Shown piece by piece: positions 7,605 to 17,585 of a stretch of DNA of 36,759 nucleotides (position 1 is its first letter; every line of letters begins with the position of its first letter). The stretch is from Bacillota bacterium (lineage in GTDB: Bacteria > Bacillota > DTU030 > DUMP01): assembly GCA_012516165.1 (NCBI GenBank), contig JAAYWY010000009.1, positions 1 to 36,759 on the forward strand, read 5' to 3'. Made by a program: the position numbers and the translations under genes. A model generated the notes under the pieces. That model saw only the letters and a list, made by a program, of their open reading frames with translations. It ran no database searches and was not told where the DNA came from.

Positions 7605-8537
7605 CTATTCGTGGTTTACCAACAGTTTTCCTTCTGTCAAGCGAACAATTTCTGTGACTAAGGCTTCTTCAGTGGTATATTGGTCGATGTCCAACCAAAT
7701 AATCCGCTTATCTCGGCGAAACCATGTAAGCTGTCTTTTAGCAAAGCGGCGGGTTTGACGCTTTACCTTTTCTTTTACTTCATTTAAGGTAGCCTGACCA
7801 TGAAAGTAAGGCCAAATTTCCTTGTAGCCTAGTGCTTGGCAAACCGGTGAATTAGGGCTAAGATTTTTTTCCAGCAACCACCTGGCTTCTTCACATAGAC
7901 CTTGCTCAAACATGGTTTCTACACGTTGGTTTATGGCTTCATAAAGTCTACTACGTTCACGAATAAGTCCGATTTGCAGTACCCGATAAAGAAGAGGACC
8001 TTGGCCACAAGCTGATAACTTATCACCGGTAGAAGCTACTTCTAATGCCCGGATAATACGTCTTACATCAGTAGGTTCAATACGTTCAGCAGCAGCGGCA
8101 TCAAGCCGTGATAGTTTTTCATGGAGAACCTGAGGGCCTAAGTTAGCAGCTTGTATCAGCAGCTGTTTGCGCAACGAAGGATCCGGTTTGCTGGGTGCAA
8201 ATTGGTAATTATTTATTACTGCACTTATATATAGTCCGGTACCACCTACCAGCATAGGTAGATGCCCCCGACTAACAATAGCTGGTATTAGTCGCTTAAC
8301 CTCATTTTGAAAGCGAACTACACTAAACTGCTCCTCAGGTTCGATCAAATCGATTAGGTGGTGGGGTACTCCCTGCCTCTCAGCTAAAGAAGGCTTGGCT
8401 GTGCCAATATCTAGATGGCGATATACCTGCATAGAATCAGCAGAAATAATTTCCCCTGCTAACTTTTGGGCAACGGCAATAGCTATTTTGGTTTTGCCCA
8501 CAGCTGTAGGACCTAAGATCACTAACAAAGGATCCAT
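7605..8537 (-). CDS. miaA: tRNA dimethylallyltransferase MiaA
   Basis: P-loop ILGPTAVGKT, then SADSMQVYRHLDIGTAKP and GGTGLY. Sits in the canonical mutL-miaA-hfq order. Confidence 0.93.
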   Translation of the reverse strand: MDPLLVILGPTAVGKTKIAIAVAQKLAGEIISADSMQVYRHLDIGTAKPSLAERQGVPHHLIDLIEPEEQFSVVRFQNEVKRLIPAIVSRGHLPMLVGGTGLYISAVINNYQFAPSKPDPSLRKQLLIQAANLGPQVLHEKLSRLDAAAAERIEPTDVRRIIRALEVASTGDKLSACGQGPLLYRVLQIGLIRERSRLYEAINQRVETMFEQGLCEEARWLLEKNLSPNSPVCQALGYKEIWPYFHGQATLNEVKEKVKRQTRRFAKRQLTWFRRDKRIIWLDIDQYTTEEALVTEIVRLTEGKLLVNHE

Positions 8538-8552
8538 AGTACAAAACTCCTC

Positions 8553-10352
8553 CTAGGTTAAGCGGCGTAAGAACCGACGGTCCAATTCACGCTGGCTTAA
8601 ACAGATTAACGTTGGGCGACCGTGAGGACAGTTAAAAGGATGCTGGCAGCAACCAAGTTGAGCTATCAGTTGAGTAGCTTCATCAGCAGTCATGATTTGA
8701 CCAGCTTTGAGGGCAGCATGGCAGGCTAGGGTAGCCAGCAGATGGTGTCGCTCTTGCTCCCAAGCCAGCTTGTCTTGATTGCCTGGTTCCTCAGACAACA
8801 GTTCTTGAATTAGCGTTATAGCTGCTGGTAAAGACATGATCTGGGGTATACTTCTAAGCACTAGAGTATCGGGGCCGAATTCTTCTAGGACAATACCGGC
8901 TTTTAGCCATAAATCTTTCTTTTCTTTCCATAAGGTTAACTCTTTCTCAGTAACAGTAAAGGTTTGAGGTACAAGTAATTGCTGCAGTGGAATTTGATTT
9001 TGCTGCCATGTTTTTTTGATTCTCTCATACAGAATACGTTCATGGGCAGCATGTTGATCAACTAAAAAAACGTCCTTAACACCTTCAGCAACTAGATAAG
9101 TTCGCAGCACTTGTCCTACATATTTTAATTGTGGCCAACTCGAAGTGGATATGGGCAGTGCCAGCTGTTCCGAATAGTCAGGATTGACTTTGTCGGACGT
9201 CGCAGCCCATATACCAGTACCTGAGTCTGACTGATTGGTTTGAATTATCGAAGTGTATGGTATAGTATTCTCTTTTAATAATGCAGGAAGCATTGCTGCT
9301 GGGTTTTCCGTGGTATTATTGTCTATTTTCGATTCATGATTGGCGTAACTCGTTAAAAGTTGTGAACCTTGTTTGAGTACAGTTTTTATCGCATGATAGA
9401 TAAACTGCCATATTTCCTGGTCCCGGCTGAGGCGAATTTCCAATTTGGCTGGATGGACGTTAATGTCCACCAATTTGGGGTCAATAACAAGTTCTAAAAA
9501 AAACACGGGATGGCAATTACGAACTAACTGTGGCTTAAATGCTGTTTCTACAGCAGATACTACTAGGGGACATTTTACCCAGCGTCCGTTAACAGCTACA
9601 GTTTGAAAGTTTCTACTACCACGAGCAAATTGAACTGGGGCAATATATCCTGTCAATCTGCCTAATGGACCAGTTGTGTCTATTTCTATCCAAGGGATGA
9701 CGGAGCCTTTTCCTAGAACTAGTTCTACCACTTCTTTGCGTTTTCCCGATCCAGAGGTGGTTATTAATTCACGTCCTTGACTTAAAGCGCGAAAAGAAAC
9801 ATCCGGCCGAACCATGGCTAATCTGGTTATTGTATCGGTAATGTGTTTAAGTTCCGTCCGTTCGCTTTTTAGAAACTTAAGACGGGCTGGAGTATTAAAA
9901 AACAAATTCTGAACAGATATCCATGTACCTGGTATAGCCTCACATAAAGTTACTTCAGGGGGTGAACCACCATAGCTGTCGATGCATACACCAGATAAAG
10001 CACCTTCAGTAGCCGTAATCATTTTGAAGTTAGATACAGCGGCAATACTGGGGAGAGCTTCTCCACGAAAACCCAAAGTGGCAATAGCTGCTAGATCTTC
10101 AGTGGATGTGATCTTGGAAGTGGCGTGGCGAGTAAGTGCCAATAGGGCATCTTCTGCCGTCATGCCGCAACCATCGTCACGTACAGATATCAAATCAAAT
10201 CCAGCTTTTTTCACTTCTAACTCAATACGTTTAGCACCAGCATCCAATGCGTTTTCCACTAGTTCTTTAACAACCGATGCTGGTCTTTCTACAACTTCAC
10301 CGGCAGCAATTTGCTGTATTACCTTATCGGTAAGCACTTTAATTTTACCCAA
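8553..10352 (-). CDS. mutL: DNA mismatch repair protein MutL
   Basis: IAAGEVVERPASVVKELVENALDAGA and the GHKL ATPase motifs DDGCGM and GFRGEAL. I place the start at TTG 10352, which has GAGGTG 7 nt upstream and an 8-nt overlap with the mutS stop. ORF track gives ATG 10367. Confidence 0.93.
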   Translation of the reverse strand: MGKIKVLTDKVIQQIAAGEVVERPASVVKELVENALDAGAKRIELEVKKAGFDLISVRDDGCGMTAEDALLALTRHATSKITSTEDLAAIATLGFRGEALPSIAAVSNFKMITATEGALSGVCIDSYGGSPPEVTLCEAIPGTWISVQNLFFNTPARLKFLKSERTELKHITDTITRLAMVRPDVSFRALSQGRELITTSGSGKRKEVVELVLGKGSVIPWIEIDTTGPLGRLTGYIAPVQFARGSRNFQTVAVNGRWVKCPLVVSAVETAFKPQLVRNCHPVFFLELVIDPKLVDINVHPAKLEIRLSRDQEIWQFIYHAIKTVLKQGSQLLTSYANHESKIDNNTTENPAAMLPALLKENTIPYTSIIQTNQSDSGTGIWAATSDKVNPDYSEQLALPISTSSWPQLKYVGQVLRTYLVAEGVKDVFLVDQHAAHERILYERIKKTWQQNQIPLQQLLVPQTFTVTEKELTLWKEKKDLWLKAGIVLEEFGPDTLVLRSIPQIMSLPAAITLIQELLSEEPGNQDKLAWEQERHHLLATLACHAALKAGQIMTADEATQLIAQLGCCQHPFNCPHGRPTLICLSQRELDRRFLRRLT

Positions 10353-12921
10353 GTTGTTGCACCTCATGTCTCAGCTTCTCTTGCAAAGCGGCCACCCGAA
10401 GTTGCAATTCTAGCGGTGGGATATTTTTTACATTTAGCGCCAAAAAATCGCGCCAGATTTTCTTAAGGTTGGACGAATTAAATTCCTCTGCAGCGCAGGA
10501 TTCGTTTTGCAAAGTCAGTGATGCCAAAATGGAATTAGCTCTCTCTAAAACAACTTCTGGCAACCCGGCCAGCCTGGCTACTTGAATTCCATAGCTACGG
10601 TCGCTGCCTCCAGGCACAACTTTGCGCAGAAAGGTTAACTCTGTTCCTTGTTCAGCCACAGCCATATTATAATTTTTAATACAGTTGATATCCCTGGCTA
10701 AAGTAGTTAGTTCATGATAATGGGTCGAGAACAACGTTTTGCAGCCTACTTGGGTGGCCAGATATTCGGTTATAGCTTGGGCTAAGCTTAAACCATCCAA
10801 GGTGCTGGTGCCGCGACCTACTTCGTCCAAAATAACGAGGCTTTGTGCTGTAGCTTCGCGTAGAATGACTTCACATTCTCGCATTTCCACCATAAAAGTA
10901 CTGTCACCGGCAGCTAAGTCATCGGAAGCACCAACACGGGTAAAAATACGATCTACCACCCCTATTTGTGCTTTAGCGGCAGGAACAAAACTGCCCATCT
11001 GTGCCAAAAGTACTGACAAAGCAACTTGTCGGATATAAGTGGACTTTCCAGCCATGTTCGGTCCAGTAAGGAGGATAAAACGGTTATTTCTGTTGTCCAG
11101 ATAAACATCATTGGGTACAAAAGGAATATTAGTGCGCAAGCGTTCTACCACCGGATGGCGGCTAGCTTTGAGATAGATAATGTCATGATCATCTACATCA
11201 GGCCGTACATAATGATATCTAGTTGCTACTTCAGCTAGACTGACTAGAACATCCAATCGAGCAATAGCATTGGCTGTACAGCGCAACGTTGCTGCCTCGG
11301 CAGCCACATGCTGACAAAGTTGGGCAAAAACTTCGTATTCCAGTTGATTTAGTCGTTCTTGGGCTCCTAAGATTTCAGCCTCACGCTCTTTAAGCTCCGG
11401 CGTAATGTAACGTTCTGATCCTACTAAAGTTTGCCGACGGATATAATCAGCAGGAACATTAGCCAGATTAGCCTTTGTTACCTCCAAGTAGTAACCAAAA
11501 ACTTTATTGTAACCAACCTTAAGGGATTTAATGCCCGTGCGTTCTCGTTCGCGTGCTTCCAATTCAGCGACCCATTGCTTTCCTCCTTGTGCCAACTGTT
11601 TCAAATGGTCTATTTCAGCGTTGTAACCCGGCCGAATTAAGCCTCCTTCTCGCGCTGATACTGGAGGATTGTCCACTAATGTGACACAAAGCTGGGTAGT
11701 AAGGTTAGTAAGTGGGTCTAAAGGAGTACACATTCGTTCTGTTGCTGGTAAGTTAGAAATAATTGCTGCTACGTCTGGGAGTATATTACAGCCAGACCGC
11801 AAAGATGCCAAGTCTTTCGGTGTAGCCGTACCATAGACTATTTTACCTAGTAGTCGCTCCATATCTGGAACCTGTCGTAGTAACTTTCGTAATTCAGAGC
11901 GCCGAGCGTCTTTAGCCACAAGCTCAGCCACGGCGTCTAACCGTTGGTTGATCAGAGTTACACAGCAAAGAGGTTGCTCGAGCCATTGTCGCAGCAGTCG
12001 CCCGCCCATGGCCGTTACCGTAAGATCCAAAACATCCAATAGGGAACCTTTAACCTTATCCTCTCGTAAAGTCCGGGTCAGTTCCAGGTTTCTCCGGGTG
12101 TAATTATCCAGGTGCATGTAAGAGTTTACTTGATAAGGAATAAGTTCTGTTATGTGAACAGGCACAGTTTGTTGAGTTTCTTTAAGATAAAGCAAAGCAG
12201 CACCAGCTGCACAAAGAGCTACACTCAAATTGGTACAGGCAAAACGCTGGCGAAAATTTTTATCCCACACTTCTACCAAAACTGATTCTGCTTTTTCCGG
12301 CGACCAATACTCGGGGGGTATGGTACTTTGGGGAAAAGAACAGACAGCTTTAATCTGATCAATTATGGTGTTGTCTTGAACGATCTTTGGTGATAGCAAT
12401 CCTTCCGACGGTTGTAACCGAACTAGTTCATCAATTATTTGACTGGGATCATAGACAGGTATTTCGGTAACTTTCAGTTCACCAGTACCGGCATCTAAGA
12501 CGGCCAAACCAAAGTGATGATCATCTTTTGTTAGCGCAATAAGAAAGTTATTCCGTTTTTCTTCCAAAATTTCGTTATCTAAGAAAGTGCCAGCAGTAAT
12601 AATACGGATGACACGTCTTTTCACCAAGCCTTGAGCTAGCTTGGGATCCTCCACTTGTTCGCAAATAGCTACTTTGTAACCGCACTTTATTAAGCGGGCA
12701 ATATAACTGTCAGCAGCATGAAAAGGAATTCCGCACATGGGAGCACGGTTGCCGCCACCGGCATCTCGCCCGGTTAGAGTAAGACCTAATATTTCGGCAG
12801 CTAGTTTGGCATCATCAAAGAACATTTCATAAAAATCGCCTAATCGGAAAAAGAGGATGGCGTCAGGATGATCGTGCTTGATATTCCAGTATTGCTGCAT
12901 CATGGGTGTTAAGTTAGCCAT
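10345..12921 (-). CDS. mutS: DNA mismatch repair protein MutS
   Basis: N-terminal TPMMQQYWNIKHDHPDAILFFRLGDFYEMFFDDA, Walker A GPNMAGKSTY and STHYHEL. 858 aa. Confidence 0.95.
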   Translation of the reverse strand: MANLTPMMQQYWNIKHDHPDAILFFRLGDFYEMFFDDAKLAAEILGLTLTGRDAGGGNRAPMCGIPFHAADSYIARLIKCGYKVAICEQVEDPKLAQGLVKRRVIRIITAGTFLDNEILEEKRNNFLIALTKDDHHFGLAVLDAGTGELKVTEIPVYDPSQIIDELVRLQPSEGLLSPKIVQDNTIIDQIKAVCSFPQSTIPPEYWSPEKAESVLVEVWDKNFRQRFACTNLSVALCAAGAALLYLKETQQTVPVHITELIPYQVNSYMHLDNYTRRNLELTRTLREDKVKGSLLDVLDLTVTAMGGRLLRQWLEQPLCCVTLINQRLDAVAELVAKDARRSELRKLLRQVPDMERLLGKIVYGTATPKDLASLRSGCNILPDVAAIISNLPATERMCTPLDPLTNLTTQLCVTLVDNPPVSAREGGLIRPGYNAEIDHLKQLAQGGKQWVAELEARERERTGIKSLKVGYNKVFGYYLEVTKANLANVPADYIRRQTLVGSERYITPELKEREAEILGAQERLNQLEYEVFAQLCQHVAAEAATLRCTANAIARLDVLVSLAEVATRYHYVRPDVDDHDIIYLKASRHPVVERLRTNIPFVPNDVYLDNRNNRFILLTGPNMAGKSTYIRQVALSVLLAQMGSFVPAAKAQIGVVDRIFTRVGASDDLAAGDSTFMVEMRECEVILREATAQSLVILDEVGRGTSTLDGLSLAQAITEYLATQVGCKTLFSTHYHELTTLARDINCIKNYNMAVAEQGTELTFLRKVVPGGSDRSYGIQVARLAGLPEVVLERANSILASLTLQNESCAAEEFNSSNLKKIWRDFLALNVKNIPPLELQLRVAALQEKLRHEVQQLG

Positions 12922-12990
12922 AAATTTCCTCCTCTCTTTCAGCAGGCAGCAGGGAATTTGTTCGGTTATTACCTTGGGTTGACAGTAAGC

Positions 12991-14325
12991 TTAGTCAGAC
13001 ACCAATTCGCCGTGGAGCGTCCAAGTAAAAGCTCGTTTGATAGTTACCAATACCAGGTGTCCTACCAAATCTCGTGGCCCGCTAAAATGCACTAGTTTAT
13101 TGGTGCGAGTGCGTCCCGACAGTATGTCAGGATTATTCTTGCTGGGACCTTCCACTAATACCTCTAGCTTTTGTCCGATCAACGGTAGGTTAATATCGCG
13201 ACTAATACGGCTTTGAATAGTATTGAGGCAACTTAGACGTTCTTTCTTCACGTTGCTAGGAATTTGTTCTGGCAAAGTGGCTGCTTTTGTGCCTTTACGT
13301 GGTGAAAAAATAAAAGTATAAGCAGCATCAAAACGTACTTTTTCTACCAGATCTAAGGTTGCGGCGAAATCTTCTTCAGTTTCCCCGGGGAAGCCTACAA
13401 TCAAGTCAGTGGTAATGCTAGAGTGCGGGATATGGGTACGGATGTTATCCACTAATTCTAAATAGTGTTCTCGTGTATAACCGCGGTTCATGAGTTTTAA
13501 AATGCGGTTACTGCCAGATTGAATAGGGAGATGAAAATGTTCACATACGGTGCGACTGTTTTTTACGGTTAAAATCATATCTTGGGTAAAATCGCGAGGA
13601 TGAGATGTCATGTACCGAGTCCGGGCTAATCCAGGGAGATTATCTATTGTTTTTAACAGGCTAACAAAGTCAGCTCGCCCCCCAAGGTCTCTACCGTAGG
13701 TGTTTACATTTTGCCCCAGGAGCATAATCTCTTTGTAGCCAGACGCTAATGCGTCTTTTACCTCAGCTACAACAGCATTCGGTTCCCTGCTCATTTCAGG
13801 ACCGCGAACGTAAGGAACAATACAGTAGGAGCAAAAGTTATTACAACCGTAGGTAATATTTATATAGGCACGAACACCATCGGTGCGTGCTTGGGGAAGG
13901 TTTTCCAAGGTTCCTTCTTCAGCAACATCTACTATGGGATGACGATTAAGAGATAGGTTAGCTAAGATAGCCTCCAGTTCTCCTAGCCGTTTCGTACCCA
14001 AGACAAAATCGATATGGGGACATAACTTAAGTACCTTATCTTGATCTTTTTGTGCCAGACAACCAGTCATGCCAATGATAAGATCTGGTTTGTTTCTTTT
14101 AAGTGCTTGTAGTTGGTTTATTTGACCGTAGATTTTACGTTCGGCTGTTTCCCGGACGCAACAAGTTTGAAAAATGATCACATCAGCTTCCAGTTCATTA
14201 TTGGTAGGAGCGTAACCAGCGTGTTGTAACTGGCCAGCTATAGCTTCGGCATCATGAAAACTCATTTGGCAGCCTGATATTTTAAGCAAATATTTACCTG
14301 CTATCATGTTTCTCCATCCTTCCAT
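12991..14325 (-). CDS. miaB: tRNA-i6A37 methylthiotransferase MiaB (radical SAM)
   Basis: UPF0004 N-domain Cys residues (GCQMS, TCCVRE, GCLAQ), the radical-SAM motif CNNFCSYCIVP and a C-terminal TRAM domain. Start is ambiguous: ATG 14325 has a weak AGGA, and ATG 14307 has GGAG 4 nt upstream. Confidence 0.9.
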   Translation of the reverse strand: MEGWRNMIAGKYLLKISGCQMSFHDAEAIAGQLQHAGYAPTNNELEADVIIFQTCCVRETAERKIYGQINQLQALKRNKPDLIIGMTGCLAQKDQDKVLKLCPHIDFVLGTKRLGELEAILANLSLNRHPIVDVAEEGTLENLPQARTDGVRAYINITYGCNNFCSYCIVPYVRGPEMSREPNAVVAEVKDALASGYKEIMLLGQNVNTYGRDLGGRADFVSLLKTIDNLPGLARTRYMTSHPRDFTQDMILTVKNSRTVCEHFHLPIQSGSNRILKLMNRGYTREHYLELVDNIRTHIPHSSITTDLIVGFPGETEEDFAATLDLVEKVRFDAAYTFIFSPRKGTKAATLPEQIPSNVKKERLSCLNTIQSRISRDINLPLIGQKLEVLVEGPSKNNPDILSGRTRTNKLVHFSGPRDLVGHLVLVTIKRAFTWTLHGELVSD

Positions 14326-14336
14326 GGTCTGTTCCT

Positions 14337-14365
14337 ATTATAGCAAAAAGCCGACCACCGTACAA
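14337..14365 (-). promoter_or_regulatory. Candidate sigma-A promoter for miaB-mutS-mutL-miaA-hfq
   Basis: Minus strand reads TTGTAC (14365-14360), a 17-nt spacer, then TGC-TATAAT (14345-14337, extended -10). Caveat: the predicted transcription start near 14330 leaves almost no leader for ATG 14325, so it fits the 14307 start better. Confidence 0.45.
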
Positions 14366-14399
14366 AGTGACGGCAGCCAGCATAAGAAAATTATCAGTT

Positions 14400-15902
14400 T
14401 CAACCTACAACGCGTGCAAAACTCTCTTGAGGCAGACTGATTTGAGCAGGATTCTTGACTACTTTTATTTTGGTAACAGTCAAATCTTCAGTTCCTTGTA
14501 GATTAAGTTGCTCTTTTTTTAGAATGTTAATGTAATCAATAATTTCGCGGGTGAAACGTTCACCGGGACAGATAAGAGGAATACCCGGTGGATATGCCAT
14601 AACCATTTCAGCACTGATTTCGCCCTCGGCTTTGTCGATGGAAACTAGCCTGGTTTCACTATAGAAAGCTTCTTTTGGTGATAGCACTAGTTCAGGTAGT
14701 TCCGGTAGATAGGTGGGGTATTTGACTATGTTGCACTGTTCTCGTTCTTTACTTACGGCTTTTAAAGCATCCACTAGAGTTTGCACTGTTTGCTCGTCGT
14801 CGCCGATGGTAACTAGAAAGAGGGTATTATAAAGATCCGATAGTTCAGCTTGAATGTTGTAGTGCACCCGTAGATACCTTTCTAATTCGTGTCCGGATAT
14901 ACCCAACTCCCTTGTATTAACTAGTATTTTAATCGGGTCCAAGGCCATGCTACCTTCATCGTTTAATACGGTTTCATCTAACAATGTAATACCTGGTACT
15001 TCGGACAATTGTTGGCGGATCCAGCTGGCTAGTTGCAGTGTACGATCTACCAATTGGTACCCACGGGTTGCCAGCTGTTTACGGGCTACGTCTAAAGAGG
15101 CTAATAGAATATATGAAGGACTGGTGGTTTGAGTTAAGTTGAGTACTGTTTTGACTCTCTTGGGGTCAACAAAACCTTCGTTAACAAGAAGCAGTGAACT
15201 TTGGGTAAGAGATCCTCCGAGCTTATGAACACTGGTGGCTATAATATCTGCACCGGCCTCAGCACCACTTTGAGGTAATGCAGGATGGAAACGAAGATGA
15301 GCACCGTGAGCTTCGTCTACAATTACAGCCACACCGTGAGCATGGGCTACGCGTACAATGTCAGCCAACGGCGAAGCAACACCATAGTAGGTGGGATTAA
15401 TAACAAAAATGGCTTTGGCTCTGGGATGTTGTTGTAGTGCTCGTACCACTTTTTCCACACTAATGCCCATAGCAATACCAAAGTAATCGTCAATATCAGG
15501 TTCAATATAAACTGGTCTTGCACCACTTAGAATTATCCCCCCGGTAGCTGACTTGTGGGCGTTGCGGGGTAAAATAAGCTCATCGCCAGGAGCGCACACG
15601 CTCATGATCATAGTTTGAATTCCAGAAGTAGTACCGTTAACGAGGAAATGAGCATAATCAGCGCCCCATGCTGCTGCGGCTAATTCCTCGGCTTTTTTGA
15701 TAGTACTTATGGGATTACAGATATTGTCAAGTCCTTCAACAGCAGTCAAATCGATATTCATAACGTTTTGGCCCACAAATTGGGTAAACTCTGGCAAACC
15801 GCGCCCTTGTTTGTGGCCGGGGACATGAAAGGGCAACACGCTGTCCGCTACGTATTTCTTAAGGGCGCGAAATATTGGGGTTTCTTCCTGTGAAGCAATC
15901 AC
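14400..15902 (-). CDS. Orn/Lys/Arg decarboxylase family PLP enzyme (SpeA/YaaO-like)
   Basis: FHVPGHKQG, the PLP-lysine context SVHKLGGSLTQSS and a C-terminal OKR_DC_1_C-like region (YPPGIPLICPGE). ORF track starts at TTG 15947. GTG 15902 has AAAGGAG 8 nt upstream, and ATG 15920 has no SD. Confidence 0.8.
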   Translation of the reverse strand: MIASQEETPIFRALKKYVADSVLPFHVPGHKQGRGLPEFTQFVGQNVMNIDLTAVEGLDNICNPISTIKKAEELAAAAWGADYAHFLVNGTTSGIQTMIMSVCAPGDELILPRNAHKSATGGIILSGARPVYIEPDIDDYFGIAMGISVEKVVRALQQHPRAKAIFVINPTYYGVASPLADIVRVAHAHGVAVIVDEAHGAHLRFHPALPQSGAEAGADIIATSVHKLGGSLTQSSLLLVNEGFVDPKRVKTVLNLTQTTSPSYILLASLDVARKQLATRGYQLVDRTLQLASWIRQQLSEVPGITLLDETVLNDEGSMALDPIKILVNTRELGISGHELERYLRVHYNIQAELSDLYNTLFLVTIGDDEQTVQTLVDALKAVSKEREQCNIVKYPTYLPELPELVLSPKEAFYSETRLVSIDKAEGEISAEMVMAYPPGIPLICPGERFTREIIDYINILKKEQLNLQGTEDLTVTKIKVVKNPAQISLPQESFARVVG

Positions 15903-16046
15903 CAGTGTCACTCCTTTCATTTTGGGAACACGTTTATTTAAGCACAAATATGGTTCTAATGCAAGATACTTTGCTCCTATTCACTATAAAAATTATTGGC
16001 GCGTTAATAACTTGATTTTTCGTGATTAGCGGCAGTTTATTGGTTT

Positions 16047-16092
16047 TAGTAGTAGAAACACCTCGCTTTTAAGCGAGGTGTTTCTACTACTA
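16047..16092 (-). terminator. Perfect 20-bp hairpin at the end of the kor-mcm-mmd block (putative terminator or 3' stabiliser; no U-tract)
   Basis: TAGTAGTAGAAACACCTCGC (16047-16066), loop TTTTAA, then GCGAGGTGTTTCTACTACTA (16073-16092). It lies 34 nt after the 74-aa ORF stop. On the minus strand it is followed by AAAACC rather than a T-run. Confidence 0.5.
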
Positions 16093-16126
16093 TTACTACT
16101 AGCGTGTCTATAACGAGTCAAAGGTC

Positions 16127-16351
16127 TTAATCCTTACAGAGCAACATCTTCCTTAATTTAGCATTATGTTCTTTAAGAGAAGACACCATTAATTCCAGTT
16201 CTTGCAATTGTACTAGCTGCTGTTGTTCCTGAAGGACTAGTAAATTCATGAGAATGCGACGCCCTAAACGCAATTTGTCGATTTTAGCTTTAAGTTCTAT
16301 AATCTCTTGTTTTAACTCTTGTTCGCGAGACTCTACCATAGAGTCGTTCAT
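16127..16351 (-). CDS. Hypothetical 74-aa coiled-coil protein
   Basis: Heptad-like Leu/Ile spacing throughout (ELKQEIIELKAKIDKLRLGRRIL...LQELELMVSSLKEHNAKLRKML). ATG follows GGTGA by 4 nt. I recognise no homology. It is the last ORF before the hairpin. Confidence 0.5.
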   Translation of the reverse strand: MNDSMVESREQELKQEIIELKAKIDKLRLGRRILMNLLVLQEQQQLVQLQELELMVSSLKEHNAKLRKMLLCKD

Positions 16352-16445
16352 TTGGTCACCGCCTGCAGTATAATGTGGTTAAGCAATAGACAAAGCCACT
16401 TTGATATAAGGCTATGCAGGCGATGGCCAGGTTATGCAAATATAC

Positions 16446-17564
16446 TTACTGTAACAAGGTTATCATGATGCCAGCTGCTATCGATGTGCCAATAACGCCA
16501 GCAACATTGGGGCCCATGGCATGCATGAGAAGGAAATTACCCGGATTTTCTTTTTGGCCCACTACCTGGGATACGCGTGCAGCCATGGGAACAGCCGATA
16601 CACCAGCGGAACCAATAAGCGGATTGATTTTGCCGCCGGAGAGTTTATACATAAGCTTACCCAAGAGGACTCCTCCGGCTGTACCGCCAGCAAAAGCGAC
16701 TAAACCAAGAGCAATAATCTCAATGGTTTTTAGATTGAGGAAGTTTTCTGCACTCATGGTAGCTCCTACCGAGGTGGCTAAGAAAATAGTGATAATATTG
16801 ATGAGCTCGTTTTGAGCTGTCTTCGACAGCCTATCAGTGACACCACTTTCACGCAGTAGGTTTCCTAACATGAGCATGCCTAGAAGTGGAGCAATAGCCG
16901 GTAGTAATAGCGATACAAGTATCGTACAAATAATAGGGAAAATGATTTTCTCTGTTTTGGAAACAGGACGCAGCTGCTCCATAACCACTTGGCGTTCTTC
17001 TTTAGTCGTTAAGGCCTTCATAATCGGTGGCTGAATCAAAGGGACTAGAGACATATAAGAATACGACGCTACGGCTATTGGTCCCAACAAATGTGGAGCT
17101 AGCTTCATGGTAACATAAATAGCAGTAGGACCATCAGCTCCACCGATGATGCCGATGGATCCAGCTTCCCGAATGGTAAAGCCCAGTAACTCAGCACCTA
17201 CCAGAGCAATAAAGACACCAATTTGGGCGGCACCCCCGAGTAAGATTGTACTGGGATTGGCTAATAAGGGACCAAAGTCAGTCATGGCTCCCACACCTAG
17301 AAAAATCAGCGGTGGAAAAATCTCGTGTTCAACTCCAAAGTACAGAAATCTTAGTAAGCCGCCTTCATCCATGATACCAGTAAGAGGCAAATTGGCTAAG
17401 ATACAGCCAAATCCAATCGGCATCAGAAGCAGAGGCTCAAATTCTTTGGCAATTGCCAGGTACAATAGAATACAACCTACAATTATCATGATCACATTGC
17501 CAAATGTCAAGGCACTAAAGCCAGTGCTCTGGGCGAGGGCGGACAGACTTTCAAGTATACTCAT
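16446..17564 (-). CDS. mmdB: Na+-translocating decarboxylase beta subunit (OadB/MmdB/GcdB family); methylmalonyl-CoA decarboxylase by context
   Basis: Polytopic membrane protein with family-typical regions ([54 protein letters not shown]). I place the start at ATG 17564, with GGGAG 7 nt upstream. ORF track gives TTG 17585. Confidence 0.9.
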   Translation of the reverse strand: MSILESLSALAQSTGFSALTFGNVIMIIVGCILLYLAIAKEFEPLLLMPIGFGCILANLPLTGIMDEGGLLRFLYFGVEHEIFPPLIFLGVGAMTDFGPLLANPSTILLGGAAQIGVFIALVGAELLGFTIREAGSIGIIGGADGPTAIYVTMKLAPHLLGPIAVASYSYMSLVPLIQPPIMKALTTKEERQVVMEQLRPVSKTEKIIFPIICTILVSLLLPAIAPLLGMLMLGNLLRESGVTDRLSKTAQNELINIITIFLATSVGATMSAENFLNLKTIEIIALGLVAFAGGTAGGVLLGKLMYKLSGGKINPLIGSAGVSAVPMAARVSQVVGQKENPGNFLLMHAMGPNVAGVIGTSIAAGIMITLLQ

Positions 17565-17585
17565 TTTTTCACTCCCCCGGTCCAA

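Noticed and set aside
7268-16092. The hfq terminator and the 16047-16092 hairpin share the same stem-top and loop sequence, CGCTTTTAAGCG.
   Set aside because: Only 12 nt are shared, and the stems are otherwise unrelated in sequence and length. This is most simply a coincidence of a favoured loop, not a repeat family. A genome-wide count of the motif in terminators would settle it.
16369-16374. A plus-strand TATAAT in the mmdB/74-aa spacer as a possible antisense promoter.
   Set aside because: It has no acceptable -35 or TG extension at the right spacing, and no plus-strand gene or structured RNA downstream. A hexamer like this is expected by chance in AT-rich spacers.
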